NCBI GenBank assembly: GCA_003228175.2
Contig: QGNQ01000006.1
Coordinates: forward strand, 2,512 to 66,511
From: Chloroflexota bacterium
GTDB lineage: Bacteria > Chloroflexota > Dehalococcoidia > Bin125
DNA: 64,000 bases
Direction: 5' to 3'
The position numbers and the translations under genes were made by a program. The stretch's first letter is position 1, and each line of letters starts with the position of its first letter. Shown one piece after another: positions 45,430 to 53,811 of the stretch. Under the pieces are notes generated by a model, which saw nothing but the letters and a program-made list of their open reading frames with translations, was not told where the DNA came from and ran no database searches.

Positions 45430-47493
45430 CTAGCGACGCGGCCCCCGGCCCTGCCCGCGCAGCACCCGCTCCACCGAGAGGCGCGCGTTCGACTCGGTCA
45501 GCACCGTCAGTCGGTCGCCCGCCTCCAGCAGCGTGCCGCCCCGCGGAACCAGCACGACACCGGATCGGCGCACCTCGGTGACGACGGCCCGTGTAGGCAC
45601 ATCGATCTCCGCCAACGAGTGGCCGTCCATCGACGATCCCGCCTCCACCTCGATCTCCAGCTGCACGGCCCCCACCGGCCGCGGAACCGTCACGCGCCGC
45701 CCACGATTCTGCGGCCGCACCTGCGCCGCGTACTTTGCAAAGGCAGTGATCACGTCAGTTTGCTCGATCAGGCCAACCAGGCGCTGCTCGTCCCAACGCG
45801 CCACCACCGGCAATTGGTGGACCCCGTGCTCGGAGAGCACCGCGATCGCCGTCCGCAGACTGTCATCCGGGTACACGGAGGCGGGACTGCGGATCTGTAG
45901 ATCGCTGGCAAGCTCCGTGGACCCGCGCTGCAACGCGGCGGTCACATCCGTCTGGCTGATCAGCCCCTCGAATCGCCCTCCCTCGTCGTGCACGGCGAGC
46001 ACGCTGCTGGGCGCCCAACTGAGCGCCTCCGCGATCTCCTCAAGCGTCGCCTCGCGACGCACAGCGGCGACATCGGACCGCATCACCTCCGAGATCGGGA
46101 TGCTGTCCATCGCCAGCGCCCGCGAATCGTCCGGAAGCACGACACCCAAACGCGAGAGCTTGATCGAGTAGATCGTGTCCCGAGTGATCAATTGCGACAG
46201 GACGGTCGCGGTCACCACGCCGATCATCAGCGGCAAAATCAGCGAATAGTCCCGCGTCATCTCAAACACAATGAATAGCGACGTCATTGGCGCTCGCGCC
46301 GCCGACGCGAACAGGGCGGCCATCCCCACTACCGCGTACGCCCCGGGGGGCGCGATGCCCGAAGCGATCGAGTTGAACCCCTGCCCCATGAGGCTCCCCA
46401 GCATCGTGCCAATGAAGAGCGACGGCGCGAACACCCCGCCCGATGCGCCCGCGCCCAGCGTCACGGAGGTCGCCACGATCTTGAGGACCACCAGGACCGC
46501 AAGCGTCGTCGCGGTGAAGTCCCCCACGACCGCGACTTCGATCGAGTCGAATCCCACACCGAACAGCTCCTCGTGCCAGAACCCCAGCGCCCCCACCGCG
46601 AGCAAACCAACCAGCGCCCGCAAATACGGCGAACCGATCAAGCGCCCGAATATGTCCTCCGTGGCATACACAATCCGGACGTAGAGAACCCCCACGACCG
46701 CCGCCGTCGCGCCCAGCGCGAGATAGAACGGCACCTCCAGCACCGACTCGAACGTATGCGGCTCCAGCCGGATCCCCGGCACGTCCCCCTCGAAAGCAAC
46801 CGCCACCATGTTCGCGATCACCGCACTGGTCACCACGATCGTGAAGTTGCGCACGTCGAACCGGCGCAGAATCACTTCCAACGCGAAGAACACACCCGCG
46901 ATCGGCGCGTTGAGCGTCGCGGCGACACCCCCCGCCGCGCCCGCCGCCACCAGCGTGCGCATCATCTCCGGTCGCTGCTGGGTCTCCTGCGCGATGATCG
47001 ACGCGACGCCCGCCCCCACCGAAACGATCGGCCCTCCACGCCCAACCGAGCCGCCCGCGCCGACGGTCAACGCCGCCGCGATCCCCTTCACCAACGGCAC
47101 GCGGGGACGGATCCGTCCGTCGCGCGTCTCCAGCGACAGCATCACCTCCGGCACCCCATGCCCGCGCGCCTCTCGGGCAAAGCGCTCGATCAGGAACACC
47201 ACCGGGACCGCGACCAGCACCGGCACCCAGATAATCATCCAATCGCCGCCCGCGTCCACAAACGCCGGGCCTATGCGACCGAAGAAGAGGTCCGTGAGAA
47301 GCTCCACCGCCTCCGTCAGCGCGACGGCGCCCAACCCGGCGAAGACGCCAACCGCCCCCGCCAGCAGGAACGGCAGCGCAGGAGCCGGTAGCCGGTACCG
47401 CGCCGCGATACGGCGCGCCGGTCTCCGGACGCGATGCATCGCACGCTCCCAAGACGCAGCAGCGAACAGGGATCCGCCGGGACCCGCGCTCAT
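45430..47493 (-). CDS. ClC-family voltage-gated chloride channel/antiporter with CBS pair and TrkA-C-like C-terminus
   Basis: 687 aa. GHGVPEVM, GGSVGRGGP, GVFFALE and GGVFAPSLFIG selectivity-filter blocks, then two CBS-like repeats and a C-terminal RCK_C-like domain. Confidence 0.88.
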   Translation of the reverse strand: MSAGPGGSLFAAASWERAMHRVRRPARRIAARYRLPAPALPFLLAGAVGVFAGLGAVALTEAVELLTDLFFGRIGPAFVDAGGDWMIIWVPVLVAVPVVFLIERFAREARGHGVPEVMLSLETRDGRIRPRVPLVKGIAAALTVGAGGSVGRGGPIVSVGAGVASIIAQETQQRPEMMRTLVAAGAAGGVAATLNAPIAGVFFALEVILRRFDVRNFTIVVTSAVIANMVAVAFEGDVPGIRLEPHTFESVLEVPFYLALGATAAVVGVLYVRIVYATEDIFGRLIGSPYLRALVGLLAVGALGFWHEELFGVGFDSIEVAVVGDFTATTLAVLVVLKIVATSVTLGAGASGGVFAPSLFIGTMLGSLMGQGFNSIASGIAPPGAYAVVGMAALFASAARAPMTSLFIVFEMTRDYSLILPLMIGVVTATVLSQLITRDTIYSIKLSRLGVVLPDDSRALAMDSIPISEVMRSDVAAVRREATLEEIAEALSWAPSSVLAVHDEGGRFEGLISQTDVTAALQRGSTELASDLQIRSPASVYPDDSLRTAIAVLSEHGVHQLPVVARWDEQRLVGLIEQTDVITAFAKYAAQVRPQNRGRRVTVPRPVGAVQLEIEVEAGSSMDGHSLAEIDVPTRAVVTEVRRSGVVLVPRGGTLLEAGDRLTVLTESNARLSVERVLRGQGRGPRR

Positions 47494-47581
47494 GTCATGG
47501 ACTTTCGCAACGTTGGTTTCTCAATGCCTGTGATGCAGTATCCGGGAGCAGCCCAAGAGCGTCCAGCGACACTCCGCTACG

Positions 47582-48013
47582 ATGCCGCGCATGTCTGACT
47601 CCCCCCAGCGACACTTCCGCCTCAGCGAGGTCCGGGCCGCGCTGCCCGATGTCGACGCCCGCCTGGGCGAGATGCAGCAGGAGCGCAAGCGCGCGGCGGA
47701 GGCGCGCGCCCTGCTGGACTCCGTGCGCCGCTCCGGCACCACGAACGGCAACGGCGCAAGCGCGGACAACGGCGAGCTGCGCAGCCGCTTCCGCCGCCAC
47801 GCGGAGCGCCTGCAAGCGCTGGCCGCCGAGCTGGAATCGATGGGCGTCCAAGTCAAGGATCTGGAGCGCGGCTTGGTGGACTGGCCAGCCCAGCGCAACG
47901 GCTCCACGGTCCTGCTCTGCTGGCTGCGCGGCGAGCCCGATGTCGCCTGGTGGCACGACCTGCACGCAGGCTTCCCGGGACGCCAGGCCATCGTCGAGGA
48001 GGAGTGGGACTAG
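47582..48013 (+). CDS. DUF2203-like protein
   Basis: 143 aa. The C-terminal GLVDWPAQRNGSTVLLCWLRGEPDVAWWHDLHAGFPGRQ pattern matches my memory of DUF2203. Tentative. Confidence 0.5.
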   Translation: MPRMSDSPQRHFRLSEVRAALPDVDARLGEMQQERKRAAEARALLDSVRRSGTTNGNGASADNGELRSRFRRHAERLQALAAELESMGVQVKDLERGLVDWPAQRNGSTVLLCWLRGEPDVAWWHDLHAGFPGRQAIVEEEWD

Positions 48014-48844
48014 GTGCCCCCCAGCCAGCGGGGATCCAACGAGGCGCGAGCGCAGCATCGGCAGGCCGCCAGCGATGCGCCCGCACCAGCGCCGCGCTAC
48101 CCCGAGTTGCAGGCCCACGCCGACGCGGTCTACGACCGCCTCAGCAACGGTCGCATCGCCCGCGACGCCGGACCCATCTTGGATGTCGGCAGCGGCAACG
48201 GAGCGGCGCTGGCAAGCATCGTCGAGGGCACGGGCGTGCGCGGCGTCGCGCTGGACCGCCGCGTCGGCATGGACTGGCTCGGCCCGCCCGGGTTCGAACG
48301 CCTGGCGGGCGACGCGGCGCGATTGCCGTTCCGCCCACAGGCCTTCCAGGCGGCGCTGTTGCAGGAGACATGGGAGTGGCTGACCAACCCGGCCCCGGCG
48401 CTCGCGGAGATGGCGCGCGTCACCCGCGGGCGCATCGTCATCGTGCAGAGCGAATGGCGATCACTCTGGATCGACAGCGGCGACCCCGAAACGGCGCAGG
48501 AGTTCACGCGGCTGTTCTCCGGGCCACCGGATCCACAGCGACGAGCGCCGGCGGCGCTACTGGCCGCCGCCGGTTTGCGCGTTATTGTGGACGGCCTTGA
48601 GACGATTCGCGGCGATCGCCTGCAGCGCAGCAGCTACGCCTTCGAGCTGCTGCGCCTGCTGCGCGAGTACCTGGTTGTCCAGCGGGCGGGTGTGCGGGCC
48701 CGCCGCTTCGATGAGTGGCGCGCGGAGCTGGACGAACGCGCGCAGCGCGGCGCCTTCGGCTTCTCCATCGATCGCCGAGTGGTGGTGGCGGAAGCCCAGG
48801 GCGAACCGACGGAGCGGGCGGGGGACCGGGGGCGGCGACGTTAG
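48014..48844 (+). CDS. class I SAM-dependent methyltransferase
   Basis: GTG 48014 directly abuts the preceding TAG. Motif I ILDVGSGNGAALA. Methyltransf_11-like. Confidence 0.65.
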   Translation: MPPSQRGSNEARAQHRQAASDAPAPAPRYPELQAHADAVYDRLSNGRIARDAGPILDVGSGNGAALASIVEGTGVRGVALDRRVGMDWLGPPGFERLAGDAARLPFRPQAFQAALLQETWEWLTNPAPALAEMARVTRGRIVIVQSEWRSLWIDSGDPETAQEFTRLFSGPPDPQRRAPAALLAAAGLRVIVDGLETIRGDRLQRSSYAFELLRLLREYLVVQRAGVRARRFDEWRAELDERAQRGAFGFSIDRRVVVAEAQGEPTERAGDRGRRR

Positions 48845-49677
48845 TCGTGCTCGTGCCGGCCGTGGGCCACGTGCGGCTCGGCCGCGTAGCCGTGATCGCC
48901 GCGGTGAAAGACCACCAAGTCATGCCCGAAGGTCTCCACCAGCGTCTCCTCCACCAGCACCTCACGCGGCGGCCCGTCCGCGATCAGCGTCCCGTTGATA
49001 CAGAGCACGCGGCTGAAGAACTCCATCACCGACACGATGTCGTGCGTCGCGACGATGATCGTCGCGCCGTCCTGCGCCAACCCCCGCAGCAACTCCAAGA
49101 GTTCGTGCTCACTCGTCGTATCCAAGCCGGCGGCCGGTTCGTCCAGCAGCAGGATCTCGGGCTGACGGACTAAGGTGCGTGCCAGCAGCACCCGTCGCTG
49201 CTGGCCACCGCTCAGCTCGCCCACCTGTCGGGCGGCCAGCTCCGCCACGCGGGTCTGCGCCATCGCCGCGTCGATACGGGGGTCGCGACCGCGCAGCGCC
49301 CGCCAGCGCTTCGTCCAACGGCTCCGACCCCAGCGGCGCTCGTACAGGCCCATGGAGACCACTTCGCGGACCGTGATCGGGAACTGCCAATCCACGTGCT
49401 CCGCTTGCGGCATGTAGCCCACACGCGGACGAGCCGTCGCGGGCACACCGTCCAGCACGTCCGCCGTGCCCTCCCAGGGCGGCAGCAGACCGACGAGCGT
49501 CTTGATCAGCGTGCTCTTACCAGACCCGTTGGGGCCGATCACCGCCACGAGCTCCCCCGCCACGACGCGGAAGCTAAGGTCGCGCAGAACTTCGGTTTCG
49601 GCGTAGCCGGTAGTCAGGTGCTGCAACCGGACGACCGCCGGTCCGGCGCCATCGACCGATTCAGTCACGAGACTCAC
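48841..49677 (-). CDS. metal (Mn/Zn/Fe chelate, ZnuC/TroB-type) ABC transporter ATP-binding protein
   Basis: Track ORF 48841..49779; likely GTG start at 49677 or 49668. Walker A GPNGSGKST, VGYMPQAEHVDWQFPITVREVV, LSGGQQRRV, LLLDEPAAGLD, and a His-rich tail HVAHGRHEHD. No permease or exported binding protein is adjacent. Confidence 0.85.
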   Translation of the reverse strand: MSLVTESVDGAGPAVVRLQHLTTGYAETEVLRDLSFRVVAGELVAVIGPNGSGKSTLIKTLVGLLPPWEGTADVLDGVPATARPRVGYMPQAEHVDWQFPITVREVVSMGLYERRWGRSRWTKRWRALRGRDPRIDAAMAQTRVAELAARQVGELSGGQQRRVLLARTLVRQPEILLLDEPAAGLDTTSEHELLELLRGLAQDGATIIVATHDIVSVMEFFSRVLCINGTLIADGPPREVLVEETLVETFGHDLVVFHRGDHGYAAEPHVAHGRHEHD

Positions 49678-49801
49678 CGTTCCACTCGCCAGATTCCTGC
49701 CGGTTCGGGTCTCACCGGAACCGGCAGGCCCCAAACCGGGAGCTGAAGCACTGTCCCAGGCGAGGGGCGAGCGTAGCAAAGGGCGGCGGACCGCCCCGAT
49801 C

Positions 49802-49837
49802 GCGCCTTGGGTTCCGTGAGCGCCTTGGGTTCCGTGA
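49802..49837. repeat. perfect 18-nt tandem duplication x2
   Basis: gcgccttgggttccgtga at 49802-49819 and again at 49820-49837, between the anti-sigma stop (49855) and the ABC ATPase start region. Confidence 0.95.
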
Positions 49838-49854
49838 CCGGGGGGACAGCGCCG

Positions 49855-50808
49855 CTAGCGGTGGCGCTCCATCTTGCTGGGGCCGGTGGGCGCGCGCACG
49901 CTGCGATCGTATTCATGGCTGACCGTGATCGACGCGTTGCCCAGTTCGCCATCGATCTTGCCGTACCCCAGGCCGTTTCCGGATTCATTCACGTAGAAGA
50001 ACGAGACGGGGATGACGTCACCGCCCTCCGTGTGAATCCACAGGACGTAGCCGCCCTCACCGCCGGGCTCGAGCCCGCTCGCGAGGATGATGAAGGTGCC
50101 GTCGTTGGAGTTGACCAGGATGTTGCCCCAGGCGCCCCGTGGGGCGTCGTTGGTGCCCGCCAGCGACACACGCTCCTGCTCGTCGCTGCCCATGACCGTG
50201 ACGATGGCGGTCATGCGCGTCTCGAGTTCGTCCGAGCGGGCGCTGGCGTCCGCCACCTCCTCCTGCGCCGACTGCAGCGCCACTTGGGCGTCGCGCTGCT
50301 GCTCTTCGACGGTCGCGACGGTCGCCAAGAGCGCCTCGTTCTCGTCGTCCAAGTTGGACACGTCGCCCTGCAGGACCACGTTCCAGCCCACCAGCCCCAC
50401 CGCCGCCAAGATCGCGACCGAGGCCGCCATGGAGGCGAAGCGGGCGGGCCGCCAGGGCGCCGCGAGCGCAGAGATCCGGCTGGGCGCGCTGGGTTCTGGC
50501 GCCGCTCGACGGGCGGGCAGGGGGATCGGGGCCGCGGCGCGCGCGGCGCCGGCTTCGATGTCCGCTTGAACCTCACGCAGGACCCGCTCTTTGAGCACCG
50601 GTGGCGTGCGACGCAGGGGCACGCCCAACGGAATCCGGTCCACGATGCTGCGGAGCAGTGAGATCTCTTCCTCGCAGTCCTCGCAGCCTTCGTCCAGGTG
50701 GGCGTTCACGATCGCCGCTTCGTCCGCCTCCAGCGCATCAAGGCTGTAGGCCTCGATCAACTCGCCGCTGCGCTCGTGGAGGTCGCCGGGGGGCCGCTGC
50801 TCGGTCAT
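49855..50808 (-). CDS. anti-sigma factor (zf-HC2 N-terminus, single TM, RskA-like C-terminal domain)
   Basis: HLDEGCEDC zinc motif, TM helix FASMAASVAILAAVGLVGWNVVL, extracytoplasmic C-terminal domain. ATGA overlap with the sigma gene stop. Confidence 0.75.
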   Translation of the reverse strand: MTEQRPPGDLHERSGELIEAYSLDALEADEAAIVNAHLDEGCEDCEEEISLLRSIVDRIPLGVPLRRTPPVLKERVLREVQADIEAGAARAAAPIPLPARRAAPEPSAPSRISALAAPWRPARFASMAASVAILAAVGLVGWNVVLQGDVSNLDDENEALLATVATVEEQQRDAQVALQSAQEEVADASARSDELETRMTAIVTVMGSDEQERVSLAGTNDAPRGAWGNILVNSNDGTFIILASGLEPGGEGGYVLWIHTEGGDVIPVSFFYVNESGNGLGYGKIDGELGNASITVSHEYDRSVRAPTGPSKMERHR

Positions 50809-51608
50809 GCACCCGCTCCTGATGATCGAGAACCCGCTCGCCGGCGCGTTCTCGTCTGCCCGTCGCCGTCCGATACTGACCCCTCGCCCTCGAAAGCTGT
50901 CCCGTCCGCGGCGGACGCCGCGTCTGTCGCACTGCCGGCCGCGGGCATGTCCAGCACTCCCACCCGACCTTCCAGCGCAACTCGCATCTTCTGCATGCCC
51001 AATCGAATCCGCGTCTTCACTGTGCCCAACGGTGTCGAAAGCCGCTCCGCGATCTCCGCCTGCGTGAGCCCGCTGTAGTACGCCAGCTCAATCGCCAGGC
51101 GCTGCTCCGGGGGCAGATCCGCGAGCGCCTTCCGCACCATCTCCCGTTGGTCCACCAGCTCCGCGCCGGCCATCTCGCGGCTGGCCGCTTCACTGGCCGT
51201 ATCATCGGCGAGCGAGCCGGAATCCTCCGGATCCCCCACCTGACTGTCGTTGAGCGGACGCCGCTTACGTGATCGCACTTCATCAATCGAGCGATTCCGC
51301 GTCACGCTCAGCATCCAGCCCAAGAACCGGCCTCGCTCCTCCACGTAGCGCTCAGGGTTACGCCAGAGCCGCACGAAGACATCCTGCACGACATCTTCGG
51401 CGCTGTGCGCGTCCCCCAGGACGCGATACGCCGTGGAGAAGACCAGACGCGAGTAGCGGTCGTATAAGGCCTCGAAGGCCTGCACCTCTTGGCGGCCGAT
51501 GGCCTGCATGAGCTCCGGATCGGAGTGGTCTTGCCAGTTCACCGCCTGAGGATACCCGACTCCATTCGCGTCGGTTCCACTGATCGATACGGCGCGGGCC
51601 CACGTCAC
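50805..51608 (-). CDS. ECF-type RNA polymerase sigma-70 family factor with C-terminal extension
   Basis: Region 2 (FEALYDRYSRLVFSTAYRVLGDAHSAEDVVQDVFVRLW) and region 4 (LPPEQRLAIELAYYSGLTQAEIAERLSTPLGTVKTRIRLG), followed by about 70 further residues. The start (GTG 51608 or 51542) is uncertain. Confidence 0.88.
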   Translation of the reverse strand: MTWARAVSISGTDANGVGYPQAVNWQDHSDPELMQAIGRQEVQAFEALYDRYSRLVFSTAYRVLGDAHSAEDVVQDVFVRLWRNPERYVEERGRFLGWMLSVTRNRSIDEVRSRKRRPLNDSQVGDPEDSGSLADDTASEAASREMAGAELVDQREMVRKALADLPPEQRLAIELAYYSGLTQAEIAERLSTPLGTVKTRIRLGMQKMRVALEGRVGVLDMPAAGSATDAASAADGTAFEGEGSVSDGDGQTRTRRRAGSRSSGAGA

Positions 51609-51700
51609 GGTTCCATTGCAGCGGGGCCACGGCTGCTATCTGCGGCACTCCAGAATCAGAAGCGCCAGCACGGCACGCCGGTATACTCGCCCCGGCCCGC

Positions 51701-51728
51701 GACGCCCGTCGCGGGTGCGTGGTTTCCT
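51701..51728 (-). promoter_or_regulatory. ECF-type promoter-like motif upstream of the sigma gene
   Basis: Minus strand reads aGGAAAC, 17 nt, then CGTC (revcomp of 51728-51701), about 90 nt upstream of the sigma start. It resembles GGAAC/TGAAAC-N16-17-CGT autoregulated ECF promoters. It overlaps an 8-bp hairpin (51696-51715). Confidence 0.3.
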
Positions 51729-51739
51729 GAGGGCCGTCG

Positions 51740-52837
51740 ATGCCAACAGTGCAGGACGCACGGGGCCGGGATCTGACCGTCGAGGGACGGCCGCGACGCA
51801 TCGTCTCGCTGGTCCCCAGCCTGACGGAGAGCGTTGCCGCCCTCACCGGCGCCGACCGCCTGGTCGGCATCACCAAGTTCTGCACGCAGCCAGAAGATGA
51901 TGTGCCCGCGATCCAAAAGGTGGGCGGCACCAAGGATCCGGACCTCGACGCCATCGTTGCGCTGGCGCCCGAGCTGGTCCTCGCGAACCAAGAAGAGAAC
52001 CGCGCGGAGGACATCGAGGCGCTGGAAGCAGCCGGCCTCACGGTCTTCGTCGGCTATCCCCGCACGGTTCCCGACAGCGTCGAAGAGCTCCGAACGATCG
52101 CGAAGCTGATTGGGGGAGGGCTGGTGCGTTCCCTGCTCAGCCCGATCGAGGACGAGATCGCGCGACAGGAGTCGCTTCGCGAGCAGCGCCCCACCGTGCG
52201 CGTCTTCTGCCCCATCTGGCGCGCGCCCTACATGGCCGTGGGCGGCGACACTTACGCGGGCGACATGATCCGCCTCGCCGGGGGCACCAACGTGTTCGAG
52301 AATCACGCCCGGGGGAATCGCTACCCCCAGGTGCAGCTCTCCGAGATCGCGGCCGCCGACCCCGAGGTCATCTTGCTGCCGGACGAGCCCTACCGCTTCG
52401 GCCGGCGCCACCGCGACGAGATGCTGGCCCTGCGATCGATCACGGCCGCCCGCGAACGCCGCATCCACCTCGTCGACGGACGCTGGTTGACCTGGCACGG
52501 CAAGCGAGCCACGGAAGGCCTGGCGGGCCTGGAAGCGCTGCTGGACCAGGCCCGACCCACGTGGGAAGCCCCCGCGCGCCCCGTCCTTGAAAAGCCAAAA
52601 CAGGCATCGAAGAAGACCGCCGGCAAGACCGGCGCATCGAAACGCACCGCCGGCAAGACTGGCGCATCGAAGAAAACCGCTGGCCGACCCACAAAGACAC
52701 CCGTGCGCAGCGCGGCGAAAAAGGCCGGGCCGTCCAAGAAGGCGACGCCCGCCCCCAAGCGCGCCCCCAAGACCGAGACGGCGCTGCCGCCGGGCCTCAA
52801 GCTGCGCGTGCGCTCCCAAGAGGTCGTCGAGGAGTAG
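51740..52837 (+). CDS. BtuF/TroA-like (Peripla_BP_2, helical-backbone) binding protein without signal peptide, with a Lys-rich repeat tail
   Basis: RIVSLVPSLTESVAALTGADRLVGITKFC..., DPDLDAIVALAPELVL and EVILLPDEPY match cobalamin/siderophore-type binding proteins. The N-terminus is hydrophilic. The last about 80 aa are Lys/Ala/Thr/Gly/Pro-rich. Confidence 0.7.
   Translation: MPTVQDARGRDLTVEGRPRRIVSLVPSLTESVAALTGADRLVGITKFCTQPEDDVPAIQKVGGTKDPDLDAIVALAPELVLANQEENRAEDIEALEAAGLTVFVGYPRTVPDSVEELRTIAKLIGGGLVRSLLSPIEDEIARQESLREQRPTVRVFCPIWRAPYMAVGGDTYAGDMIRLAGGTNVFENHARGNRYPQVQLSEIAAADPEVILLPDEPYRFGRRHRDEMLALRSITAARERRIHLVDGRWLTWHGKRATEGLAGLEALLDQARPTWEAPARPVLEKPKQASKKTAGKTGASKRTAGKTGASKKTAGRPTKTPVRSAAKKAGPSKKATPAPKRAPKTETALPPGLKLRVRSQEVVEE
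52604..52690 (+). repeat. 30-nt in-frame tandem repeat about x2.7 (ASKKTAGKTG decapeptide)
   Basis: gcatcgaagaagaccgccggcaagaccggc / gcatcgaaacgcaccgccggcaagactggc / gcatcgaagaaaaccgctggccgaccc..., inside the tail of the binding-protein gene. Confidence 0.9.
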
Positions 52838-52880
52838 CGGGCCCTCCGCGGAACCAGCCCTCCCTGGAGTGAACCAGGGC

Positions 52881-53777
52881 CTAGATCGGGCGGCCCGAGT
52901 CGAACAGCAACGCCCGCGCCGCGATCTCGCCGGCCAGCACCAACGCCGTTACCAGGTACAGCAACCCGGTCGCCGCCATCATCGAGCGGATGCGCGACGA
53001 GGACCACGCCATCCAGCCAAACACGAGCGGCATCGCCAGCCCCACCACGATGCGCAGCCAGAAGGTCGCGTCGTCCGCGAGGGGGATGTCGCGACCGCCG
53101 CGCGGCTCCTCATCGACCGGGAGCGCGACGGCGAGCGCGAGCAGCAGCACCTGGGCCAGCAGGAAGCCCAGCATGATCGCCGTCACCTCGTTGAGCGGAC
53201 GCGACGGCAGTCGTGGCGTGACTAGGTACCAGTGCCCCAAGCTGAGCCCAACCGCCGCGAAGCCGATCACCAGGCTGCCGGCCAGCAAGCTCAGAAAGAC
53301 GAGCCCCATCTCCCAAACGGGAAGCCGCAGCATGATCGCCGTCAGGAGTAGCACGACCACCGCCAGCACGGAGAGCAGCCCCCCCAGGATCCGGCCCCAC
53401 GCCTCTCGGTCGCGATAGATCAGGACGTTGTGGACCAGGCTGCCGCCCGTCAGCACCCCCAACAGCACGACAATCACATCGCGCGGGCCCGCGTCGATCC
53501 GGTAGCCCTCCGCGACATCGCCCTCCAGGGTGAACGCGACCCAGAAGGTCAGGCCCAGCAGTACTGGCAGCATGATCATCGTGGCTTTCACGAAGCCCCG
53601 GCTGGCGAAGCCGCGCACGTCCACGAACTGCATCGCCAGCAGCCCACCGAGCGAGAGCTCCGCCAGGATCAGATACAGCGTGTATGGGAGGGTGTCGGTC
53701 TGAATGCGCCCGCCTCCGCTCGCTCTGCGGTCGAGCGCGGACCGCTCATCAGGCGTCCGTCGTCGCTCGGGCAGCAT
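52881..53777 (-). CDS. polytopic (about 8 TM) membrane protein, unknown function
   Basis: Track ORF 52881..53801 (TTG), with an in-frame ATG at 53777. Mostly hydrophobic helices. Notable motif LSLGHWYLVTPRL. No family recognised. Confidence 0.6.
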   Translation of the reverse strand: MLPERRRTPDERSALDRRASGGGRIQTDTLPYTLYLILAELSLGGLLAMQFVDVRGFASRGFVKATMIMLPVLLGLTFWVAFTLEGDVAEGYRIDAGPRDVIVVLLGVLTGGSLVHNVLIYRDREAWGRILGGLLSVLAVVVLLLTAIMLRLPVWEMGLVFLSLLAGSLVIGFAAVGLSLGHWYLVTPRLPSRPLNEVTAIMLGFLLAQVLLLALAVALPVDEEPRGGRDIPLADDATFWLRIVVGLAMPLVFGWMAWSSSRIRSMMAATGLLYLVTALVLAGEIAARALLFDSGRPI

Positions 53778-53811
53778 ATGGACGCCCCCGCACGGGAGCA
53801 ATGGAACTGGC

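Noticed and set aside
51609-51739. Cobalamin riboswitch ahead of the BtuF-like gene.
   Set aside because: The spacer is only 131 nt and lacks B12-box-like sequence. Its hairpins (51624-51642, 51696-51715) are better explained by the divergent promoter region.
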